The notes under the pieces are model-generated. The model saw nothing but the letters and a program-made list of their open reading frames with translations. It was not told the DNA's origin and searched no databases. Made by a program: the position numbers and the translations under genes. This document shows, piece by piece, positions 1 through 14,909 of a DNA stretch of 64,000 nucleotides. Position 1 is the first letter of the stretch; each line of letters starts with the position of its first letter. Source of the DNA: Escherichia coli (GTDB taxonomy: Bacteria; Pseudomonadota; Gammaproteobacteria; Enterobacterales; Enterobacteriaceae); assembly GCF_003018255.1 (NCBI RefSeq), contig NZ_CP027440.1. One strand, written 5' to 3'.

Positions 1-137
1 TCCATGGTGTCCATAAAGAACGGTTGGGTACTGTTAAATTGATGCGGCTGGGGTTTATCGTTTCGCCAGTGCTGATGTTCACGCAGTAACGCTTCAAGCG
101 CCTGCAACTGGAGACGAACGCGGTCATGAGTGGTCAT
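1..137 (-). CDS. yqcC: DUF446-family protein, N-terminal part only (gene continues past the window start)
   Basis: Minus-strand ATG at 137 opens MTTHDRVRLQLQALEALLREHQHWRNDKPQPHQFNSTQPFFMDTM with no stop before the window edge. Position upstream of csrB and syd matches the K-12 order as I recall it. Confidence 0.6.
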   Translation of the reverse strand, partial: MTTHDRVRLQLQALEALLREHQHWRNDKPQPHQFNSTQPFFMDTM

Positions 138-180
138 AAAGCAACCTCAATAAGAAAAACTGCCGCGAAGGATAGCAGGA

Positions 181-548
181 ATAAAAAAAGGGAGCACTGT
201 ATTCACAGTGCTCCCGGTTCGTTTCGCAGCATTCCGGCTACTTTTGTTGCTCCCTGCTCATCCTTGACAACTTTTCCTCTGGCCTTGCGGCCAATCGTTC
301 ATCCTGAACTATTGCTTCCTGCTCACACCACCCCGATGTGATACTTCATCCTGAAGTGTTCCTGGCCTTCCTGACCCACCGAATCATCCTGACCGGTTCT
401 CATTCTCCATCCTGGAGGTGTCCTTTAACGCGTCCTGCGTCATCCTCTTCGCTTCATCCAGAAGCCTTTCCCTGAAACACCATCCTGGTGTGTCCTTCAG
501 AAGTGTCATCATCCTGATGTTCACTTCGTTGTCTGACTCCCTGTCGAC
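181..548 (-). ncRNA. csrB: CsrB small RNA (CsrA-sequestering sRNA)
   Basis: Minus strand reads GTCGACAGGGAGTCAGACAACGAAGTGAACATCAGGATG... with at least eight CAGGA(T/A)G-type GGA motifs (seen as catcctg on the plus strand). It ends in a hairpin GGGAGCACTGTGAATACAGTGCTCCC plus a T-run (plus-strand 183-215). About 368 nt, matching the CsrB sequence as I recall it; ends are approximate. Confidence 0.9.
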
Positions 549-758
549 GAAGATAGAATCGTCTTTTTCGCGAAGTCTTACAAGGCGCTTACAGACAATG
601 CCTTAAGGAAAATTTCATATGAAAGTTAAGAATTAACAAGCAACATGTTGTTTTTAAATGAGAATAACGATTCTTATCTTTTTAAGTATTCGCTTATTTC
701 CTGGCGATCTCCTACAGAGTCTGTAAGAGATCTCTCACAACCAGATGGGGTATTTGGA

Positions 759-1304
759 TTACAGAAGAGGCTTAAGTTGATTAAGGAATTCCGCAAGATT
801 TGAGGCTAAATGCGTCCGTTTACGTGTTCCTAGCGTCTCTTTGCACACTTCACCGGAGAGATTACACACCGAGATGACCTCTAACTCTTCTTCCAGCGTC
901 GCGATAAATAGCGTGGGCGGCAGTTTTAGCCTTTTCTGAGTCACCAGATGACCAATCAGATTTTCCTGCACCCGACGGAAATCGTCTTCACTCCAGGTTT
1001 GCAGCAATGTCAGTTTGATATCGCCAAACTGCGCGTGCATATCCCCGGCAAACTGAGTCGTATAAAAGGTATGAATCGTGGGTTGTATCACAATATCAAA
1101 AGCGCGTTCAACCGCGTTTACATTTTGTTCCCCGGTAAACGGCTGGGGTTGCCAGTATACGGCATCTTCGGTAGTTGAAATAATGCACGGTGAAGGAACG
1201 CCGTACAGTTCCTCACTTAACGGCCAGCTTTTATGCTCTTCATGCCACGCATCGCAGTAGCGTGCAGTAAAATCTTTCAGGGCTTGTGCGGTCAAATCGT
1301 CCAC
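759..1304 (-). CDS. syd: SecY-interacting protein Syd
   Basis: 181-aa [32 protein letters not shown]... recognised as Syd; conserved position next to csrB and queF. Confidence 0.93.
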
Positions 1305-1371
1305 TAATTTCTCTCTTCACTTAAACCAGATACACTTGTCGTTTAGTTTATCTGGTTTATGACGGTGAAAC

Positions 1372-2220
1372 ATGTCTTCTTATGCAAACCATCAGGCACT
1401 TGCGGGCCTGACTCTTGGAAAATCAACCGATTACCGGGATACCTATGACGCCAGCCTACTGCAAGGCGTTCCACGCAGCCTGAATCGCGACCCGCTGGGT
1501 CTGAAAGCGGATAACCTGCCTTTTCACGGTACGGATATCTGGACGCTGTATGAACTTTCCTGGCTGAATGCGAAAGGTTTGCCGCAGGTCGCTGTCGGTC
1601 ATGTTGAACTTGATTACACCAGCGCAAATCTGATTGAGTCGAAGAGTTTTAAGCTCTATCTCAACAGTTTTAACCAGACGCGTTTTAATAACTGGGATGA
1701 GGTGCGCCAGACGCTGGAGCGCGACTTAAGCACTTGCGCTCAGGGTAAGGTTAGCGTGGCGTTATATCGTCTTGATGAACTGGAAGGCCAACCGATAGGT
1801 CATTTCAATGGCACTTGCATTGATGACCAGGATATCACTATCGATAACTATGAATTCACTACTGACTATCTGGAGAATGCCACCAGTGGCGAAAAAGTAG
1901 TAGAAGAGACGCTCGTCAGCCACCTGCTGAAATCAAATTGCCTGATCACCCATCAACCAGATTGGGGATCGATCCAAATTCAGTATCGTGGACGCCAAAT
2001 TGACAGAGAAAAACTGCTGCGTTACCTGGTTTCTTTCCGTCATCACAACGAGTTCCACGAACAGTGCGTGGAACGCATCTTTAATGACCTGTTACGCTTC
2101 TGCCAGCCAGAGAAATTGAGCGTTTACGCACGTTATACCCGTCGTGGCGGTCTGGACATTAACCCGTGGCGCAGTAATAGCGATTTTGTCCCATCGACCA
2201 CAAGACTGGTTCGGCAATAA
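1372..2220 (+). CDS. queF: NADPH-dependent 7-cyano-7-deazaguanine reductase
   Basis: 282-aa [38 protein letters not shown]...; length and sequence match E. coli QueF (YqcD). Confidence 0.93.
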
Positions 2221-2331
2221 ATTTTTTCTCAATTTTGCGTGCTGGATTCACGCAGAAGGTTGTGAAAGGTCATCAGGCAGGGCTATTGTAATCAAAGGGA
2301 ATGACGATATTCGTCCCATAAGGAGTTTTTC

Positions 2332-3696
2332 TTGATTACACATATTAGCCCGCTTGGCTCCATGGATATGTTGTCGCAGCTGGAAGTGGATATGCTTAAA
2401 CGCACCGCCAGCAGCGACCTCTATCAACTGTTTCGCAACTGTTCACTTGCCGTACTGAACTCCGGTAGTTTGACCGATAACAGCAAAGAATTGCTGTCTC
2501 GTTTTGAAAATTTCGATATTAACGTCCTGCGCCGTGAACGCGGCGTAAAGCTGGAACTGATAAATCCCCCGGAAGAGGCTTTTGTCGATGGGCGAATTAT
2601 TCGCGCTTTGCAGGCCAACTTGTTCGCGGTTCTGCGTGACATTCTCTTCGTTTACGGGCAAATCCATAACACCGTTCGTTTTCCCAACCTGAATCTCGAC
2701 AACTCCGTCCACATCACTAACCTGGTCTTTTCCATCTTGCGTAACGCTCGCGCACTGCATGTCGGTGAAGCGCCAAATATGGTGGTCTGCTGGGGCGGGC
2801 ACTCAATTAACGAAAACGAGTATTTGTATGCCCGTCGCGTCGGGAATCAGCTGGGCCTGCGTGAGCTGAATATCTGCACCGGCTGTGGTCCGGGAGCGAT
2901 GGAAGCGCCGATGAAAGGCGCTGCGGTCGGACACGCACAGCAGCGTTACAAAGACAGTCGTTTTATTGGTATGACAGAGCCGTCGATTATCGCCGCTGAA
3001 CCGCCTAACCCGCTGGTCAACGAATTGATCATCATGCCGGATATCGAAAAACGTCTGGAAGCGTTTGTCCGTATCGCTCACGGTATCATTATCTTCCCTG
3101 GCGGTGTGGGTACGGCAGAAGAGTTGCTGTATTTGCTGGGAATTTTAATGAACCCGGCCAACAAAGATCAGGTTTTACCATTGATCCTCACCGGCCCGAA
3201 AGAGAGCGCCGACTACTTCCGCGTACTGGACGAGTTTGTCGTGCATACATTGGGTGAAAACGCGCGCCGCCATTACCGCATCATCATTGATGACGCCGCT
3301 GAAGTCGCTCGTCAGATGAAAAAATCGATGCCGCTGGTGAAAGAAAATCGCCGCGACACAGGCGATGCCTACAGCTTTAACTGGTCAATGCGCATTGCGC
3401 CAGATTTGCAAATGCCGTTTGAGCCGTCTCACGAGAATATGGCTAATCTGAAGCTTTACCCGGATCAACCCGTTGAAGTGCTGGCTGCCGACCTGCGCCG
3501 TGCGTTCTCCGGTATTGTGGCGGGTAACGTAAAAGAAGTCGGTATTCGCGCCATTGAAGAGTTTGGTCCTTATAAAATCAACGGCGATAAAGAGATTATG
3601 CGTCGTATGGATGACCTGCTACAGGGTTTTGTTGCCCAGCATCGTATGAAGTTGCCAGGCTCAGCCTACATCCCTTGCTACGAAATCTGCACGTAA
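2332..3696 (+). CDS. ppnN: Nucleotide 5'-monophosphate nucleosidase PpnN (LOG family)
   Basis: 454-aa [37 protein letters not shown]... matches YgdH/PpnN. Confidence 0.92.
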
Positions 3697-4251
3697 TCTC
3701 CCTCCCCCGGTGACGTTTGTTGCCGGGTTTTCTCGTTTTTGGTCACATACCCATCAATTTATTTCATTTGTTATATGAATGTTTCTTACCACCCTCATGC
3801 GATAAATTTCATTACAGTTAATATGTCATACAATTTATGTTGTAACGCAAACGTTTCCCTATTTTCATAAACCACATTTTATCGCTATGAAAAAGAAATT
3901 ATCGCCATGATTAACTAAAAGTATTGATTTTTTCAGTTCAACCTACATATATTGCGCGCCCCGGAAGAAGTCAGATGTCGTTTAATGGGCAAATATTGCC
4001 CTTAAATTCTCTTTTACTTTTGATTTACAGAGTAAAGCGTTGGGATAATCTATCTTCCAAGTAGATTATTGTATTTGGGATCAAGATCACTGATAGATAC
4101 ATAACTTGTGTGTATCTTTCCGCCCTCAAATTATTACGGCGGTAAATGATTAAGCCATCGCCTATAGACAGATTTCATTTTTACGGTCAGGCACCTTCCC
4201 GGGCTGAACTGGCTAAAAGCTGAATTATTTGCATTCCTCCAGGAGAAATAG

Positions 4252-5541
4252 ATGGAAACGACTCAAACCAGCACGATTGCGTCGAAAGACTCTCGTAGTG
4301 CCTGGCGCAAGACAGACACCATGTGGATGCTGGGCCTTTACGGCACGGCAATCGGCGCGGGCGTGCTGTTCCTGCCAATCAACGCCGGTGTTGGCGGTAT
4401 GATCCCGCTGATCATCATGGCTATCCTTGCGTTCCCGATGACATTTTTTGCTCACCGCGGTCTGACTCGCTTCGTACTGTCTGGTAAAAACCCGGGCGAA
4501 GACATCACCGAGGTTGTAGAAGAACACTTTGGTATTGGCGCAGGTAAACTGATTACCCTGCTCTACTTCTTCGCTATCTACCCGATTCTGCTGGTTTATA
4601 GCGTGGCAATCACCAATACAGTTGAAAGCTTCATGTCTCACCAGCTGGGTATGACACCACCGCCGCGTGCGATTCTGTCGCTGATCCTGATCGTGGGTAT
4701 GATGACCATCGTTCGCTTCGGTGAGCAGATGATCGTTAAAGCGATGAGTATTCTGGTATTCCCGTTTGTTGGCGTACTGATGCTGCTGGCTCTGTACCTG
4801 ATCCCGCAGTGGAACGGCGCAGCACTGGAAACGCTGTCTCTGGACACTGCATCTGCAACCGGAAACGGTCTTTGGATGACCCTGTGGCTGGCAATTCCGG
4901 TAATGGTGTTCTCGTTCAACCACTCTCCGATCATCTCTTCTTTCGCCGTTGCGAAGCGTGAAGAGTACGGCGATATGGCAGAACAGAAATGCTCGAAGAT
5001 CCTGGCATTCGCACACATCATGATGGTGCTGACCGTAATGTTCTTCGTCTTCAGCTGTGTACTGAGCCTGACTCCAGCAGACCTGGCTGCGGCTAAAGAG
5101 CAGAACATCTCGATTCTGTCTTACCTGGCTAACCACTTTAACGCGCCGATCATCGCGTGGATGGCTCCGATTATCGCGATTATCGCTATCACCAAATCCT
5201 TCCTCGGCCACTACCTGGGCGCACGTGAAGGCTTCAACGGTATGGTGATTAAATCTCTGCGTGGTAAAGGTAAGTCTATCGAAATCAACAAGCTGAACCG
5301 TATCACTGCGCTGTTCATGCTGGTAACGACCTGGATTGTTGCCACCCTGAACCCGAGCATCCTGGGTATGATTGAAACCCTGGGCGGCCCAATCATCGCG
5401 ATGATCCTGTTCCTGATGCCGATGTACGCAATTCAGAAAGTACCGGCAATGCGTAAGTACAGCGGTCACATCAGCAACGTATTCGTTGTCGTGATGGGTC
5501 TGATTGCAATCTCCGCAATCTTCTACTCTCTGTTCAGCTAA
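4252..5541 (+). CDS. sdaC: Serine:H+ symporter
   Basis: 429-aa polytopic membrane protein [42 protein letters not shown]...; preceded by a long AT-rich leader and followed by sdaB. Confidence 0.95.
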   Translation: METTQTSTIASKDSRSAWRKTDTMWMLGLYGTAIGAGVLFLPINAGVGGMIPLIIMAILAFPMTFFAHRGLTRFVLSGKNPGEDITEVVEEHFGIGAGKLITLLYFFAIYPILLVYSVAITNTVESFMSHQLGMTPPPRAILSLILIVGMMTIVRFGEQMIVKAMSILVFPFVGVLMLLALYLIPQWNGAALETLSLDTASATGNGLWMTLWLAIPVMVFSFNHSPIISSFAVAKREEYGDMAEQKCSKILAFAHIMMVLTVMFFVFSCVLSLTPADLAAAKEQNISILSYLANHFNAPIIAWMAPIIAIIAITKSFLGHYLGAREGFNGMVIKSLRGKGKSIEINKLNRITALFMLVTTWIVATLNPSILGMIETLGGPIIAMILFLMPMYAIQKVPAMRKYSGHISNVFVVVMGLIAISAIFYSLFS

Positions 5542-5598
5542 GTCCTTTCGCGCCGCTTTCGGGCGGCGCTTCCTCCGTTTTAACGCGATGTATTTCCT

Positions 5599-7832
<2,234 letters not shown>

Positions 7833-7886
7833 CGGCGTGCCGGATACGGCGCAAACGTCGCATCCGGCATTATCACATCAGCGCAT

Positions 7887-9035
7887 TTACCAGGCGGTAT
7901 GGTAAAGCTCTACAATATCCTCAAGCGTTGCTTCACGCGGGTTGCCACCGGTACAAACATCATCCAGTGCCGCCTGCGCCAGTGTCGGAATATCTTCCTT
8001 ACGTACACCAACATCACGTAAATGTGGCGGAATACCGACATCACGGTTGAGAGCAAACACCGCTTCAACAGCGGCATTACGCGCCTCTTCCAGGCTCATA
8101 CCTTCCACTTTCACGCCCATAACGCGTGCGATATCGCGGTACTTCTCACCGGTAAAGTCAGCGTTATAACGCATAACATGCGGTAACAGGATGGCGTTCG
8201 CAACACCGTGTGGCGTGTTGTAAAACGCGCCCAGTGGATGCGCCATACCATGCACCAACCCTAACCCAACATTCGAGAATCCCATACCCGCAACATACTG
8301 CCCGAGCGCCATTTCTTCTCCGGCATCCTTATCACCAGCAACCGATCCTCGCAGCGCCCCAGCAATGATTTCAATCGCTTTAATGTGCAGCGCATCGGTT
8401 AGCGCCCACGCGCCACGGGTAATATACCCCTCAATAGCATGAGTGAGCGCATCGACACCCGTCGCAGCTTTCAGCGCTGGAGGCATACCATCCATCATGT
8501 CAGCGTCAATAAACGCCACCTGCGGGATATCATGCGGATCAACGCAAACAAACTTGCGCCGTTTTTCTTCGTCAGTGATCACGTAGTTAATGGTCACTTC
8601 TGCCGCAGTACCTGCTGTGGTGGGGATTGCCAGAATCGGTACACTGGGTTTATTGGTCGGGGAAAGCCCTTCCAGGCTACGCACATCGGCAAACTCCGGG
8701 TTGTTGCTGATAATGCCAATCGCTTTACAAGTATCCTGTGGAGAACCGCCACCAATAGCGATCAGGTAATCCGCGCCGCTATTCTGGAATACACCGAGCC
8801 CTTCTTTGACGACAGTAATTGTTGGGTTCGGCACTACGCCGTCGTAAATCGCCCATGCCAGCCCTGCAGCATCCATCTTATCGGTCACTTTTGCCACCAC
8901 GCCGCATTGCACCAGCGTTTTATCGGTGACGATCAGCGCCTTCTGATAACCACGGCGTTTCACCTCATCGGTTAAAGACCCAACAGCCCCCCGACCAAAC
9001 CATGCCGTTTCGTTCAGAATCATTCTGTTAGCCAT
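7887..9035 (-). CDS. fucO: L-1,2-propanediol oxidoreductase (lactaldehyde reductase)
   Basis: Iron-containing alcohol dehydrogenase MANRMILNETAWFGRG... Start taken at the second Met of the track ORF (382 aa). Confidence 0.95.
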   Translation of the reverse strand: MANRMILNETAWFGRGAVGSLTDEVKRRGYQKALIVTDKTLVQCGVVAKVTDKMDAAGLAWAIYDGVVPNPTITVVKEGLGVFQNSGADYLIAIGGGSPQDTCKAIGIISNNPEFADVRSLEGLSPTNKPSVPILAIPTTAGTAAEVTINYVITDEEKRRKFVCVDPHDIPQVAFIDADMMDGMPPALKAATGVDALTHAIEGYITRGAWALTDALHIKAIEIIAGALRGSVAGDKDAGEEMALGQYVAGMGFSNVGLGLVHGMAHPLGAFYNTPHGVANAILLPHVMRYNADFTGEKYRDIARVMGVKVEGMSLEEARNAAVEAVFALNRDVGIPPHLRDVGVRKEDIPTLAQAALDDVCTGGNPREATLEDIVELYHTAW

Positions 9036-9062
9036 CATCCTTCTCCTTGTTGCTTTACGAAA

Positions 9063-9710
9063 TTACTCTTCAATCCGTAACCCGTAGGTTTTGAATTTCT
9101 CCAGCACTACGGCAATCTCTTCATCGCTCAGCACTGGCACCGGGTCCGTAATCGCCAGGGTCGTCAGGTAAAGTTGTGCCAGCACTTCAACTTCATGCGC
9201 CAGCCATAACGCTTTCTCCAGATTCGCCTCACAAGCGATAAGCCCATGATGTTGTAACAAAGTTGCCTTACGATTTTTGAGAGCCAGCGCAACATGTTCA
9301 GAAAGTTCGCGTGTTCCAAAGGTCGCATAAGGCGCGCAAGGAATAGAATTACCGCCAGCCGCCGCAATCATGTAGTGAATCGCGGGGATCGGTCGGTTAA
9401 GAATGGAAACTGCCGTACAATGAACGGCATGATTGTGAACAACCGCGTTGGCATCCGGTCTGCTTTGATAGGCCGCCATATGGAAACGCCACTCGCTTGA
9501 GGGGAGTTTTCCTTCCTCATGTTTGCCGTTGCCATCAATAAAGACAATATGCGACTCCGTCAGTTTTTCATATGGAATGCCTGTAGGCGTAATCAGCATC
9601 CCATCCTGATAACGTACACTGACGTTACCCGCTGTCCCCTGGTTCAGTCCCAGGCGGGTCATTTCCAGGCAAGTGTCAATAATCTGACGAGCAAGTTTAT
9701 TTCGTTCCAT
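9063..9710 (-). CDS. fucA: L-fuculose-phosphate aldolase
   Basis: 215-aa class II aldolase MERNKLARQIIDTCLEMTRLGLNQGTAGNVSVRY... Confidence 0.95.
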   Translation of the reverse strand: MERNKLARQIIDTCLEMTRLGLNQGTAGNVSVRYQDGMLITPTGIPYEKLTESHIVFIDGNGKHEEGKLPSSEWRFHMAAYQSRPDANAVVHNHAVHCTAVSILNRPIPAIHYMIAAAGGNSIPCAPYATFGTRELSEHVALALKNRKATLLQHHGLIACEANLEKALWLAHEVEVLAQLYLTTLAITDPVPVLSDEEIAVVLEKFKTYGLRIEE

Positions 9711-10256
9711 TAGCTACCTCTCTCTGATTCAAAACAGGGCAATAATGTTGTTCCTTTCACACTATTGAATTAGCCGTTTAATTACCCACCATCTTCTTCC
9801 TGATTAACCAGAAAGAAATTCACAAGCTTATATTTTGTGACCTGGTTCAACTAATCACAGTAAATAACTGCAAGTTCTCTTTTTATAACCCTATTAAAAA
9901 TGACCGCTCTTAAAAATATTTATCAAAACGGTCATTTTTCCATTCCCCCTCGCCAGAAATGCCCGTTTTCGGCACAAACAATTAATACGGTCATCGGGTT
10001 TGTGTTTTTTATGATTTATTTTCTGAAACGGGCATGAAATTTCGATTATTAAAGTGATGGTAGTCACATAAAGTCACCTCCCAACTAATAAGTGTGACCG
10101 CCGTCATATTACAGAGCGTTTTTTATTTGAAAATGAATCCATGAGTTCATTTCTGACAGGCAAATATTCACTGATATGAAGCCCGAACTCGCTGGTTTTG
10201 CACTTTTGAAAACATAACCGATTACGTGCTTAAGCTTCTGAACCTAAGAGGATGCT
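9711..10256. promoter_or_regulatory. Divergent fucAO / fucPIK control region
   Basis: 546-bp AT-rich non-coding spacer between the divergent fucA and fucP starts. Individual CRP/FucR sites were not mapped. Confidence 0.6.
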
Positions 10257-11573
10257 ATGGGAAACACATCAATACAAACGCAGAGTTACCGTGCGGTAGA
10301 TAAAGATGCAGGGCAAAGCAGAAGTTACATTATTCCATTCGCGCTGCTGTGCTCACTGTTTTTTCTTTGGGCGGTAGCCAATAACCTTAACGACATTTTA
10401 TTACCTCAATTCCAGCAGGCTTTTACGCTGACAAATTTCCAGGCTGGCCTGATCCAATCGGCCTTTTACTTTGGTTATTTCATTATCCCAATCCCTGCTG
10501 GGATATTGATGAAAAAACTCAGTTATAAAGCAGGGATTATTACCGGATTATTTTTATATGCCTTGGGCGCTGCATTATTCTGGCCCGCTGCAGAAATAAT
10601 GAACTACACCTTATTTTTAGTTGGCCTATTTATTATTGCAGCTGGATTAGGTTGTCTGGAAACTGCCGCAAACCCTTTTGTTACGGTATTAGGGCCGGAA
10701 AGCAGTGGTCACTTCCGCTTAAATCTTGCGCAAACATTTAACTCGTTTGGCGCAATTATCGCGGTTGTCTTTGGACAAAGTCTTATTTTGTCTAACGTGC
10801 CACATCAATCGCAAGACGTTCTCGATAAAATGTCTCCAGAGCAATTGAGTGCGTATAAACACAGCCTGGTATTATCGGTACAGACACCTTATATGATCAT
10901 CGTGGCTATCGTGTTACTGGTCGCCCTGCTGATCATGCTGACGAAATTCCCGGCATTGCAGAGTGATAATCACAGTGACGCCAAACAAGGATCGTTCTCC
11001 GCATCGCTTTCTCGTCTGGCGCGTATTCGTCACTGGCGCTGGGCGGTATTAGCGCAATTCTGCTATGTCGGCGCGCAAACGGCCTGCTGGAGCTATTTGA
11101 TTCGCTACGCTGTAGAAGAAATTCCAGGTATGACCGCAGGCTTTGCCGCTAACTATTTAACCGGAACCATGGTGTGCTTCTTTATTGGTCGTTTCACCGG
11201 TACCTGGCTCATCAGTCGCTTCGCACCACACAAAGTCCTGGCAGCCTACGCATTAATCGCTATGGCACTGTGCCTGATCTCAGCCTTCGCTGGCGGTCAT
11301 GTGGGCTTAATAGCCCTGACTTTATGCAGCGCCTTTATGTCGATTCAGTACCCAACAATCTTCTCGCTGGGCATTAAGAATCTCGGCCAGGACACCAAAT
11401 ACGGTTCGTCCTTCATCGTTATGACCATCATTGGCGGCGGTATTGTCACTCCGGTCATGGGTTTTGTCAGTGACGCGGCGGGCAACATCCCCACTGCTGA
11501 ACTGATCCCCGCACTCTGCTTCGCGGTCATCTTTATCTTTGCCCGTTTCCGTTCTCAAACAGCAACTAACTGA
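10257..11573 (+). CDS. fucP: L-fucose:H+ symporter (MFS)
   Basis: 438-aa polytopic membrane protein MGNTSIQTQSYRAVDKDAGQSRSYIIPFALLCSLFFLWAVANNLNDILLPQF... Confidence 0.95.
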   Translation: MGNTSIQTQSYRAVDKDAGQSRSYIIPFALLCSLFFLWAVANNLNDILLPQFQQAFTLTNFQAGLIQSAFYFGYFIIPIPAGILMKKLSYKAGIITGLFLYALGAALFWPAAEIMNYTLFLVGLFIIAAGLGCLETAANPFVTVLGPESSGHFRLNLAQTFNSFGAIIAVVFGQSLILSNVPHQSQDVLDKMSPEQLSAYKHSLVLSVQTPYMIIVAIVLLVALLIMLTKFPALQSDNHSDAKQGSFSASLSRLARIRHWRWAVLAQFCYVGAQTACWSYLIRYAVEEIPGMTAGFAANYLTGTMVCFFIGRFTGTWLISRFAPHKVLAAYALIAMALCLISAFAGGHVGLIALTLCSAFMSIQYPTIFSLGIKNLGQDTKYGSSFIVMTIIGGGIVTPVMGFVSDAAGNIPTAELIPALCFAVIFIFARFRSQTATN

Positions 11574-11605
11574 ACATATTTTCCGAATAAAGTGAGGAAT
11601 CTGTA

Positions 11606-13381
11606 ATGAAAAAAATCAGCTTACCGAAAATTGGTATCCGCCCGGTTATTGACGGTCGTCGCATGGGTGTTCGTGAGTCGCTTGAAGAACAAACAATGAA
11701 TATGGCGAAAGCCACGGCTGCACTGCTGACCGAGAAACTGCGCCATGCCTGTGGAGCTGCCGTCGAGTGTGTCATTTCCGATACCTGTATCGCGGGTATG
11801 GCTGAAGCCGCTGCTTGCGAAGAAAAATTCAGCAGTCAGAATGTAGGCCTCACCATTACGGTAACCCCTTGCTGGTGCTATGGCAGTGAAACCATCGATA
11901 TGGATCCAACCCGCCCGAAAGCCATTTGGGGCTTTAACGGCACTGAACGTCCCGGCGCTGTTTACCTGGCAGCGGCTCTGGCAGCTCACAGCCAGAAAGG
12001 CATCCCGGCATTCTCCATTTACGGTCATGACGTTCAGGATGCCGATGACACATCGATTCCTGCCGATGTTGAAGAAAAACTGCTGCGCTTTGCCCGCGCC
12101 GGTTTAGCAGTCGCCAGCATGAAAGGTAAAAGCTATCTGTCGCTGGGCGGCGTTTCGATGGGTATCGCCGGTTCCATCGTTGATCACAACTTCTTTGAAT
12201 CCTGGCTGGGAATGAAAGTCCAGGCGGTGGATATGACCGAACTGCGTCGCCGTATCGATCAGAAGATTTACGACGAAGCCGAACTGGAAATGGCGCTGGC
12301 CTGGGCTGATAAAAACTTCCGCTATGGCGAAGATGAAAATAACAAACAGTATCAACGCAATGCCGAGCAAAGCCGCGCAGTTCTGCGCGAAAGTTTACTG
12401 ATGGCGATGTGTATCCGCGACATGATGCAAGGCAACAGCAAACTGGCCGATATTGGCCGCGTGGAAGAATCACTTGGCTACAACGCCATCGCTGCAGGCT
12501 TCCAGGGGCAACGTCACTGGACCGATCAATATCCCAATGGCGATACCGCTGAAGCGATCCTCAACAGTTCATTTGACTGGAATGGCGTGCGCAAACCGTT
12601 TGTCGTGGCGACCGAAAACGACAGTCTTAACGGCGTGGCAATGTTAATGGGCCACCAGCTCACCGGCACCGCTCAGATATTTGCCGATGTGCGTACCTAC
12701 TGGTCACCAGAAGCAATTGAGCGTGTAACGGGGCATAAACTGGACGGGCTGGCAGAACACGGCATCATCCATTTGATCAACTCCGGTTCTGCTGCGCTGG
12801 ACGGCTCCTGTAAACAACGCGACAGCGAAGGTAAACCGACGATGAAGCCGCACTGGGAAATCTCTCAGCAAGAGGCTGACGCTTGCCTCGCCGCTACCGA
12901 ATGGTGCCCGGCGATCCACGAATACTTCCGTGGCGGCGGTTACTCTTCCCGCTTCCTTACCGAAGGCGGCGTCCCGTTCACCATGACTCGTGTCAACATC
13001 ATCAAAGGCCTGGGACCGGTACTGCAAATCGCGGAAGGCTGGAGCGTGGAATTGCCGAAGGATGTGCATGACATCCTCAACAAACGCACCAACTCAACCT
13101 GGCCAACCACCTGGTTTGCACCGCGCCTCACCGGTAAAGGGCCGTTTACGGATGTGTACTCGGTAATGGCGAACTGGGGCGCTAACCACGGAGTTCTGAC
13201 CATCGGCCACGTTGGCGCAGACTTTATCACTCTTGCCTCCATGCTGCGTATCCCGGTATGTATGCACAACGTTGAAGAGACCAAAGTGTATCGTCCTTCT
13301 GCCTGGGCCGCGCACGGCATGGATATTGAAGGCCAGGATTACCGCGCTTGCCAGAACTACGGCCCGTTGTACAAGCGTTAA
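11606..13381 (+). CDS. fucI: L-fucose isomerase
   Basis: 591-aa [40 protein letters not shown]... Confidence 0.95.
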   Translation: MKKISLPKIGIRPVIDGRRMGVRESLEEQTMNMAKATAALLTEKLRHACGAAVECVISDTCIAGMAEAAACEEKFSSQNVGLTITVTPCWCYGSETIDMDPTRPKAIWGFNGTERPGAVYLAAALAAHSQKGIPAFSIYGHDVQDADDTSIPADVEEKLLRFARAGLAVASMKGKSYLSLGGVSMGIAGSIVDHNFFESWLGMKVQAVDMTELRRRIDQKIYDEAELEMALAWADKNFRYGEDENNKQYQRNAEQSRAVLRESLLMAMCIRDMMQGNSKLADIGRVEESLGYNAIAAGFQGQRHWTDQYPNGDTAEAILNSSFDWNGVRKPFVVATENDSLNGVAMLMGHQLTGTAQIFADVRTYWSPEAIERVTGHKLDGLAEHGIIHLINSGSAALDGSCKQRDSEGKPTMKPHWEISQQEADACLAATEWCPAIHEYFRGGGYSSRFLTEGGVPFTMTRVNIIKGLGPVLQIAEGWSVELPKDVHDILNKRTNSTWPTTWFAPRLTGKGPFTDVYSVMANWGANHGVLTIGHVGADFITLASMLRIPVCMHNVEETKVYRPSAWAAHGMDIEGQDYRACQNYGPLYKR

Positions 13382-13406
13382 TACATGACTCTCTGATGTG
13401 ATGCCC

Positions 13407-13472
13407 GGTCGCTCCGGCTACCGGGCCTGAACAAGCAAGAGTGGTTAGCCGGATAAGCAATGTTATCCGGCT
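13407..13472. repeat. REP-like palindromic units in the fucI-fucK spacer
   Basis: Two palindromes: gcccggtcgctccggctaccgggc and gccggataagcaatgttatccggc (9-bp stem GCCGGATAA/TTATCCGGC). The track's upstream fucK start at 13460 lies inside the second palindrome. Confidence 0.5.
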
Positions 13473-13489
13473 ATATTGCAGGAGCGATT

Positions 13490-14908
13490 ATGAAACAAGA
13501 AGTTATCCTGGTACTCGACTGTGGCGCGACCAATGTCAGGGCCATCGCGGTTAATCGGCAGGGAAAAATTGTTGCCCGCGCCTCAACGCCTAATGCCAGC
13601 GATATCGCGATGGAAAACAACACCTGGCACCAGTGGTCTTTAGACGCCATTTTGCAACGCTTTGCTGATTGCTGTCGGCAAATCAATAGTGAACTGACTG
13701 ATTGCCATATCCGCGGTATCGCCGTCACCACCTTTGGTGTGGATGGCGCTCTGGTAGATAAGCAAGGCAATCTGCTCTATCCGATCATTAGCTGGAAATG
13801 TCCGCGAACAGCCGCGGTAATGGACAATATTGAACGGTTGATCTCCGCACAGCAGTTGCAGGCTATTTCTGGAGTCGGAGCCTTTAGTTTCAATACGTTA
13901 TATAAGTTGGTGTGGTTGAAAGAAAATCATCCACAACTGCTGGAACGCGCGCACGCCTGGCTCTTTATTTCGTCACTGATTAACCACCGTTTAACCGGCG
14001 AATTCACTACTGATATTACGATGGCCGGAACCAGCCAGATGCTGGATATCCAGCAACGCGATTTCAGTCCGCAAATTTTACAAGCCACCGGTATTCCACG
14101 CCGACTCTTCCCTCGTCTGGTGGAAGCGGGTGAACAGATTGGTACGCTACAGAACAGCGCCGCAGCAATGCTCGGCTTACCCGTTGGCATACCGGTGATT
14201 TCCGCAGGTCACGATACCCAGTTCGCCCTTTTTGGCGCTGGTGCCGAACAAAATGAACCCGTGCTCTCTTCCGGTACATGGGAAATTTTAATGGTCCGCA
14301 GCGCCCAGGTTGATACTTCGCTGTTAAGTCAGTACGCCGGTTCTACTTGCGAACTGGATAGCCAGGCAGGGTTGTATAACCCAGGTATGCAATGGCTGGC
14401 ATCCGGCGTGCTGGAATGGGTGAGAAAACTGTTCTGGACAGCTGAAACTCCCTGGCAAATATTGATTGAAGAAGCTCGCCTGATCGCGCCTGGCGCAGAT
14501 GGAGTGAAAATGCAGTGTGATTTATTGTCGTGCCAGAACGCTGGCTGGCAAGGCGTAACGCTTAATACCACGCGGGGGCATTTCTATCGCGCGGCGCTGG
14601 AAGGGTTAACCACGCAATTACAGCGCAATCTACAGATGCTGGAAAAAATCGGGCACTTTAAAGCCTCTGAATTATTGTTAGTCGGCGGAGGAAGTCGCAA
14701 CACATTGTGGAATCAGATTAAAGCCAATATGCTTGATATTCCGGTAAAAGTTCTCGACGATGCCGAAACGACCGTCGCAGGAGCTGCGCTGTTTGGTTGG
14801 TATGGCGTAGGGGAATTTAACAGTCCGGAAGAAGCCCGCGCGCAGATTCATTATCAGTACCGTTATTTCTACCCGCAAACTGAACCTGAATTTATAGAGG
14901 AGGTGTGA
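13490..14908 (+). CDS. fucK: L-fuculokinase
   Basis: FGGY kinase. Start placed at ATG 13490 ([21 protein letters not shown]) with AGGAG at 13480-13484; the track start at 13460 is inside a REP palindrome. Confidence 0.92.
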
Positions 14909-14909
14909 A

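Noticed and set aside
126-606. Two short plus-strand ORFs (126-341, 418-606)
   Set aside because: They lie entirely inside the CsrB sRNA; the repetitive amino-acid sequence is a by-product of the repeated GGA motifs.
11934-13320. Several 120-180-aa minus-strand ORFs
   Set aside because: Antisense to fucI; Arg/Pro-rich translations; no independent support.
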